Below are positions 56,144 through 64,000 of a stretch of DNA of 64,000 nucleotides, in pieces (positions within the stretch are counted from its first letter, which is position 1; the number at the start of each line of letters is the position of its first letter). The position numbers and the translations under genes are program-made. Under the pieces are notes generated by a model. The model was not told where the DNA came from. It worked only from the letters and a program-made list of their open reading frames with translations, and did not search any database. The stretch is from NCBI GenBank assembly GCA_951406725.2, contig OX597819.1, forward strand, positions 99,386,001-99,450,000. The letters are read 5' to 3'. The stretch is from Octopus vulgaris. Lineage: Eukaryota.

Positions 56144-56646
56144 TAACTTTATAAATTTTGAGACAACGTGAAATAATTCTTTTTATGGAATATCTCGAAC
56201 CACAAACATAAAGCTATCAATAATAGCATGTAAATAGGTAATTCACAGACAGATTCAACATAACACATATAGACAAGGGTGACTGTTGTAGATACAATTC
56301 AATATAGCCTGATGAGTGGACTGGAACAACGTGAAATAGTTTTACTCAATGACAATGAGATGTCGGCAATCGAACTAAAGACTTTATGATTGAGAACCAA
56401 ATAATCTAACCGCCAAACTTCAGGCTTTTGGTAAGAGTTAACAATATTGTAATAAAGACTACTAAGGTTTCATAATGCACAATGAAATGAAGCTCTCTAA
56501 TAATTTATAAAACAGAATAGCAACTATCTTTGATGAAACATCAGAGCTATGATTACTAAAAATAGTTAATTACTAATAATTTTAAACCCCAGCTAACGTA
56601 AATTAAAGTGAATGAATTTAATTTCGAGATTTTACCTAAATTTCAG

Positions 56647-56781
56647 ATATCGATGAATGCAGTCTCAACATTCATAATTGCAAACAATTGTGTAATGATA
56701 CCGAAGGTAGTTACACCTGTGATTGCTACGAGGGATATATAATACAAAGCAATGGAAGCTGTACACAGAAAAATATTTCAA
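56647..56781 (+). CDS. Exon 28: paralog of exon 2
   Basis: NIDECSLNIHNCKQLCNDTEGSYTCDCYEGYIIQSNGSCTQKNIS; 135 nt. Confidence 0.93.
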
Positions 56782-57679
56782 GTAAGATATATTACTGCTA
56801 TATGCAAATTTCTCTTTACCTTCCAATTTAATGACGTTGTTATCAATGGATGCAGGCACCGAAATGTAACAGAAACTACTTACAGTGAGACACACACATA
56901 CACGAGCGCGCGCACACACACGCACTCACGCAACCGCTTGCACTCTCACACGCACACATGAACACACGAGGGACAGACAGAAAGTTAGGCAATTTTTATT
57001 GCAATACTTCTTTGTCCAGTCTCATCCATATGAGAAATCAGAATTAATGGGTAATAGAACGAATGTCTCAAATCATTTAAACTGAAAGACATTAGAAAAG
57101 ACACGTCTTAAAAGGATGCTACTAGAAATACAACAAAAAGGGAAACATTCCAGTTAGAAGAGATCAGAGAGAGTACCTAGACTGTAGATTTCTCATAAAC
57201 GGATTTTAAAGTTTTCCGTATATTTTCGGATTGTCAGCTATGGAATTATACAAAATATGGCCAGTTTTCTAGGAACATAGTTCAGCATTTACTGTAGACA
57301 CCAAATGTTTGACGGAATACCAAATTAACAGTTTGAAGGGCTCTGTTGGACACATACAATATATAAGCGAGATAAATTCTTTGGCTCCACAACATCACAC
57401 AGTGAATCATCAGCCATTAATCAAATCGACATAAAAGTGTAAGATGTAATATCGTCCATAGATGAAATGAGTTAAATTCAGCAAATGACTCTGACTGATA
57501 CTCAGTGTAGTTAATGATCTGAGTCACCTATGCTTAATTAAACAGTGGAGAGTTGTTAATTACTTTGTTGTAGTGGTTACTTAGGCCTTCAAACTGGAGC
57601 ATGCGTGTATGCACGCATGTGATTTTACATGGATTATATATGTAAATACAGGATTTTTACGGTTTACTTTCTATCGCAG

Positions 57680-57796
57680 GTAACTCTGTTTGTTATAACA
57701 AATGCAATGGAACTGCTGGGTGTCGAGTGGTGAACGGACAACATGTGTGTTTTTGTAATAGCGGTTACACTTTAAAAGATAATACATCTTGTGTTG
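57680..57796 (+). CDS. Exon 29: paralog of exon 3
   Basis: SNSVCYNKCNGTAGCRVVNGQHVCFCNSGYTLKDNTSCV; 117 nt. Confidence 0.9.
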
Positions 57797-57982
57797 GTAA
57801 GTAATAATTACTATAGAAGATACTGCATTGTATATGTTATATTCTACTGTTTGCTGTCCAAATCACATTTATGAGTATAATTTCAAAATATAGATATGCT
57901 ATCATTAATTACTGCAGCATTCCACGAAGGTATCAATAATTGCGACCATTAATATTTCGTTATATTTCGGGATAAAAAATCT

Positions 57983-58070
<88 letters not shown>

Positions 58071-58130
58071 TGAATATTGTTTTTCACAAATACCCGTTCA
58101 ATAAAATGCTCTATTCACTCTACATTTTAG

Positions 58131-58244
58131 ATACCAATGAATGTCTGAATAATCCCTGTGAAGATACATGTACTAACCTTAATGGCACATTTGAATGTAG
58201 CTGTCCTCCCGGGAAAAAGGTGTTCCAATCAACTAAATGTGTTG
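58131..58244 (+). CDS. Exon 30: paralog of exon 4 (same peptide)
   Basis: DTNECLNNPCEDTC..STKCV; one synonymous difference seen (CCT/CCC); 114 nt. Confidence 0.93.
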
Positions 58245-58653
58245 GTAAGTGTATTTATGCTAAGATAATTACTTAATGGAATCAATCTACTATACCACAA
58301 TATATAAAATTTATATTAAGTTCAGCTGTTATTATTTTAGTTGTTTCATTATTTATATGCTAATATGTTCCAGTCTTTCATTATGTTCTTTCTATAATAT
58401 TTCTGCTACGTATTCCATGTTTTTATCATTACTGCTCCTCATGCAATTTAACATTGTGGGTGTCTCTATGCATATTTTCTTGATATTATTTTTGCTATAA
58501 AAAAATGTCATTTGCTTAAAAAAAATCAAATATTTGTTTAAATTTAACTTTATTTCGTAGTCTGTAACTTATAAATTCATGAGAGTAATAATTCATATAT
58601 ATTTTATTATACATTTATATGCGTTATATATTTTTATTATACTTTTATCATAG

Positions 58654-58908
58654 AATGTGATGAAGATCATTTTGGTGACAAATGCAAAGGAGATTGTAAC
58701 ATATGTAACGAGAAATCAACTGAAAGATGTGATAAAGTAAGTGGATGTATCTGCAATGAAGGTTGGAATGGTAGCACATGCGAAACAGATATTGATGAAT
58801 GTCTAAACGCAAGTGTCTGCTCTGCCAATGAAGATTGTGAAAACCAAAATGGAACTTACGAATGCAAATGCCAAAAAGGGTACAGAAAGGAAGAAAATAA
58901 GTGCATAG
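58654..58908 (+). CDS. Exon 31: paralog of exon 5
   Basis: ECDEDHFGDKCKGDCNIC..GWNGSTCETDIDEC..EENKCI; 255 nt. Confidence 0.92.
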
Positions 58909-59196
58909 GTTGGTATGAAGTTTGAAAACTTATTGAAATTTGTATGTTCATTTGCTCATTATGGTGCAAAGATAATTATATTGAAACTGTCATAAGGGCG
59001 GTAAGCTGGCAGAGTCATTAATATGCTTAGCGGCAGTTCGTCTGTCTTTAAACACTAAGTTCAAATTCCGCCGAGGTCGACTTTGCCTTTCATCCTTTCG
59101 GAGGCGATGAAATAAATAATAGTTACATACTGAGGTCGATGTAATTAACTAGCACTTGCACCCACAATTTCAGGACTTGTGCATATAGTAGAAAGG

Positions 59197-59341
<145 letters not shown>

Positions 59342-59358
59342 TTATTATTAATATTATT

Positions 59359-59839
59359 GAGTGAGAGAGCAGTGCATGCCATCAAAGTGACACTGGGGTA
59401 AAATATACGAAGCCCAGTATACCCATCATGACTACCCGTCTGATAAGGGTACACCAGGCACATGCATCACAACCATATGTGCGCGACATGGTGATCTCAT
59501 ATCAAGATAAACAGCACATGACCTTGCAGGTGGAGCCCAGTTAGAATTTTCTTCAGATCGAGTAACCCATCCAGCTCAAAAGGTCCCTGAATAAGGGTTG
59601 TTTAAGGACGTTGAACGAAACACCTATGTTTCCAGAGGTGAATTATTCAAACCTCAAAGAATCCTTCTCAACACATGGCTATGATGCTCCCCCACTACTT
59701 CTGCTCGTGATCAGAGATGCACATATCGTCAGCCACTAAGGGGCATGCTCAACTGGTTAAGGTCAAACAACTGACAAGCAAATCTGTGGTATTGAGCAGA
59801 ATATTTGCTGTAGCCCATCTTTTATACCAAGACAAAACA

Positions 59840-59890
<51 letters not shown>

Positions 59891-60350
59891 CATTATTGAA
59901 TGAGAGAGCAGTGCATGCCATCAAAGTGACACTGGGCTAAAATATACAAAGCCCAGTATACCCATCATGACTACCCGTCAGACAAGGGTACACTAGGCAC
60001 ATGCATCACAACCATATATGCGCAACATGGTGATCTCATATCAAGATAAACAGAACAGGACCTTGCAGGTGGGGCCCAGTTAGAATTTTGTTCTGGTCGA
60101 GTAACCCATCCCGCTCAAAAGGTCCCTGAGTACGGGATGTTGAACGAAGCACTGATGTTTCCAGATTATAGCAGCGACTCCATCAATTACAAGGGATACC
60201 TGAAGAAGGAATTTTATTCCGAAATAATTCCTCCTATCAGAATATGGTTGATTAAATTACAACAGTTATTATAGTCAACTGTTTGTATTATAGTGCATTG
60301 TTGTGTCATTCAAAATATTTTAGTTATTATTATTATTGTTATTATTGTAA

Positions 60351-60434
<84 letters not shown>

Positions 60435-61080
60435 GTAGTAGTAGTAGTAGTAGTATTATGATTGTTGTTGCTATTATCACTATTATTATTATTATAATTA
60501 TTATTATTATTATTATTATTGAGTGAGAGAGAAGTGCATACCATCAAAGTGGTATTGGAGTAATATATACGTAGCCCAGTATACACACCATGTCTACCCG
60601 TCTGATAAGGATACACCAGGAACATGCATCCCAACCATATATGTGCGAGATGGTTATCTCATATCAAGAAACACACTGTATAACCTTGCAGGGGGCGCCC
60701 ATTTAGAATTTTCTTCATGTCGAGTGGCTCATCCTATTCAAAAAGTCCCTGAATAAGGGTTCTTTAAGGCTGTTGAGCGAAACACCTATGTTTCCAGAGG
60801 TGAATTATTCAAACTTAAAAAAATTCCTCTCAACACATGACTATGATGCTCCCCACTACTACTTCTCGTGATCAGAGATGCACATATTGTCAGCTATCAA
60901 GAGATATGCTCAACTGGTATTGGTCAAACAACTGACACGCAAATCTGTGGTACTGAGCAGAATATTTGCTGTAGCCCATCGTTTATACCAAGACAAAACA
61001 ATGCACATGATAATACTTCCAATCAGTTAAGATCAGAAAACCATGAGAGCTAGTGCCTGCTAGTGAATCAGGGCATTTAT
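59359..61080 (-). mobile_element. Three serial copies of a (TAA)n-tailed retroposon (about 59359-59840, 59897-60163 and 60521-61080); a further copy at about 6825-7053
   Basis: Each begins gagtgagagagcagtgcatgccatcaaagtgacactgg (or a close variant) right after a (TTA)n tract and is truncated at a variable point at the other end. Confidence 0.8.
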
Positions 61081-61094
61081 CATTATTGTTGTTG

Positions 61095-61167
<73 letters not shown>

Positions 61168-61169
61168 GT

Positions 61170-62145
61170 GATGAAAAATCACAGCTTATTTTGCTGGGTA
61201 TGATGGAAAATGTCAGCTGCCCACAACCAGCAGACTAAGATGATACTTGTTTACTGGTTATGCTTCAACAACTCCACGAAGAATTCTTGCAGTTCCAAGC
61301 AATATGGATTTCTGTCGGTGTTCTACCTTGACATTTGCACCAATCCTTTTTAGCCATGTTGGTACTGGAATGCAGATAATTCTATGTGCACCAATTACTA
61401 TTGATATCACATCTACTCTCCTCATTGTTTACAATATTCGTATTTTCAACTTCAAATCATCATAGTTATATAATTCTTCCCCTTCTTTCCCATTGAGCTT
61501 ATTGTCACCGGGGTATCCTATGGCGATTTTCATGCATTTTCTCTCTTTTTTATTCACCACAAGATTTTGCAATTCTCATTCTCGGTGACCCTTTCAGCGT
61601 TTTCCTCATACCATGTCTTTCCTGTTTGTAGGAAATGATTTCCACTGAGCTTCCAATGGATCATTCTTACCACATTTTCATGGCGTTTTTTATATTCACA
61701 TTGTTGTTATTATTATTGTTGTTGTTGTTATATTCATATATACTCAAAAGATTAGATTGCTGGAAATGAAATGAAACCTTATAATCGGGTGGCAATAAGT
61801 TGCCTTAGACGCCAAGAAACCTCATACTGAGTAATAGCAAGAATCTTATTCATTGTTCTAGTGTCACTAATACACTATTTTCTGGAGGTGTACTAAAGTG
61901 GGTTTTATGCCTATTTCCTCTGTCTCTTCAGATCTTTAGGGATAGTTCCCAATATACCTATAACTACTAGGACACATTTTAAGCACACTTTTCATAGTCT
62001 CTGTAACTCAATAGCTAGGTCCTGGTACTCTACTATTTTTTATATATTCCATACTTTTTCCATCGTTTGGGATTGTAAAGTTAATTATGTGGAAATTTGT
62101 TCTCTTTATTTACTACCGCTGCTGCTGCTGCTACTACTACCACTA

Positions 62146-62218
<73 letters not shown>

Positions 62219-62560
62219 CAAATCAAAACTGCAGCTTCTATTACAATGTCAGTCTGAATGTTAAAGTCCCACATCTTGTATTTCTTACTTTCTAGTACTC
62301 TACTAGGTTTATGTTGATGGTATTTGTCAGTATCTTTAAATCCTGGGTTTATACATTGCTCTCAGTAGATTGCTCTCCCTTGTTACTTATAATCTTTCTA
62401 TGGAAGCATGCTACATATATAAGTAACGCTTTCACTTATATAAGTAACGCTTTCCTCTTTTGATTTGCGTAATCTGCATTGACAATCTATGTATTTTTCG
62501 TCTATCTTCACTTTTATCCAATTAGCCCTCAATGCTTGATCTTGTACAGCTACAAACTTT
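61170..62560 (-). mobile_element. Fragments of R4/Dong-like ORF 3' ends
   Basis: Minus-strand QKSILLGTARILR near 61280-61315; 62400-62550 resembles 47460-47610. Confidence 0.65.
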
Positions 62561-62598
62561 ATAATGATAATAATAATAATAATTTATTATTATTATTA

Positions 62599-62647
<49 letters not shown>

Positions 62648-62673
62648 CATTATTATTATTATTATTATTATTA

Positions 62674-62718
<45 letters not shown>

Positions 62719-62797
62719 TTATTATTATTATTATTATTACTTTTTTTTTCTTCTTTCAAATTTTCTTCCATTTCTTGCCGAGTGTCTTCCCGACTCC

Positions 62798-62876
<79 letters not shown>

Positions 62877-63621
62877 CTAGTATGTATTATATTATTTCAT
62901 TCATTAATATATAATATCAGTAAAATGTTCCAAACCGGTCAACATATACTCTATTTTTCATTACAATGTCCAAAAGAAGCGCTGGTATCCTACCAAATTA
63001 TAAGCTATCTATTTGTTTATAAATGTAAGTCGGACTAGACATTACAATAAGAATTCCTTTACGTGTTGTGTAAAACGTCATTAATACATTGCGAGTGTTT
63101 TGTTTCGTTTTATAAAACGCTTTATATTTCAAGAGGAAAGCCTATATCCGGCTGGAAAATTTTCTCCACAATTGTCCACATAAAGTATTTTTCCATTTTG
63201 GAATAATTTCTTTAATCTAATGCCAGACATAACGTTGAAAAAGAACAGCTTTAAGTTGAATTTTCTTTACTTAGAATAACTCAAAAAGTTAATGTTACCG
63301 GTGTTGTATTCAAATAAAATTTGACAATTGACGCAGAACAGAAATGTTTAATATAGAAATAGATATTTCTGATATTTTCGTAAGACTAATAGTGACAGAT
63401 ATGTTTGTCCCGTGTGAAGAGGGCAAATGCTAGCAAATTGTGTCCACAACTTTCATTTTCTTAAAAGTAAAAATGTTGTAAGGGTTTGTTTCTTTGTTCT
63501 TAATTTATGAAAATATCAACCCGCAAGACTGAAATATTATGTACGCTAACAATAATTTATATATTTTGCCATACTGCTTTTTTCCTATATTAAATTTACC
63601 AATTGAAAACTACTTTTACAG

Positions 63622-63732
63622 AAATTGATGAATGCTCTAGTAGTCCGTGCCCACAAGACTGCCTAAATACTCCGGGTAGCTTTGTGTGTAAATGTCGAAG
63701 TGGCTATAAAAAGAATGGAACTACCTGTGAAG
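63622..63732 (+). CDS. Exon 32: paralog of exon 6
   Basis: ttacag|AA..GAAG|gtaaga; EIDECSSSPCPQDCLNTPGSFVCKCRSGYKKNGTTCE; 111 nt. Confidence 0.93.
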
Positions 63733-64000
63733 GTAAGACAGACTACTATATAGAGCCCTAGTTGATCTTCTAATCAATAATTTCTGTAAGAATTATTTAT
63801 GTCTAGCAGAATTTTTACCGCTGGCTGCGAGATTTCAAGTTTCCAATAATTAAAAATGCTGTCTGAATATTTAGATATATTACAGATAAACAACCAAGTC
63901 TACCAAGTTGGTATACAAACGTGGTAATCAGATAAGGTGCATCGGATCTTATTCCCCCTATTTAACAAAGTAATTACTTTCAGCATTACAATTATGTTAG

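Overview
This is AT-rich animal DNA, dense in microsatellites and SINEs. The repeat landscape looks like Octopus or another coleoid cephalopod; this is an inference from recalled SINE motifs. The whole window lies inside one + strand multi-exon gene. I traced 32 GT-AG exons from 923 to 63732 (6348 nt, about 2116 codons) with compatible phases, no stop, and no start, signal peptide or TM segment in view. The domain order is an EGF/laminin-EGF array, a Ser/Thr mucin domain with about 14.6 copies of a 26-aa repeat, NIDO, AMOP, VWD with a GDPH motif, a cadherin/Ig-like strand domain and two EGFs. A second, paralogous copy of the same EGF array then follows about 52 kb later in the same reading frame. 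The gene therefore looks like a MUC4/SUSD2-type mucin built as a tandem polyprotein by a large intragenic duplication, with an older 5-exon periodicity and an apparent gene-conversion tract of about 1.3 kb. Introns hold decayed Chapaev3-like, mariner, Helitron, Penelope, RTE and R4/Dong-like elements, tRNA-derived SINEs, and two near-perfect 86-87 bp inverted repeats. No prokaryotic features, CRISPR arrays, rRNA or true tRNA genes are supported. Most of the supplied ORFs are microsatellite artefacts.
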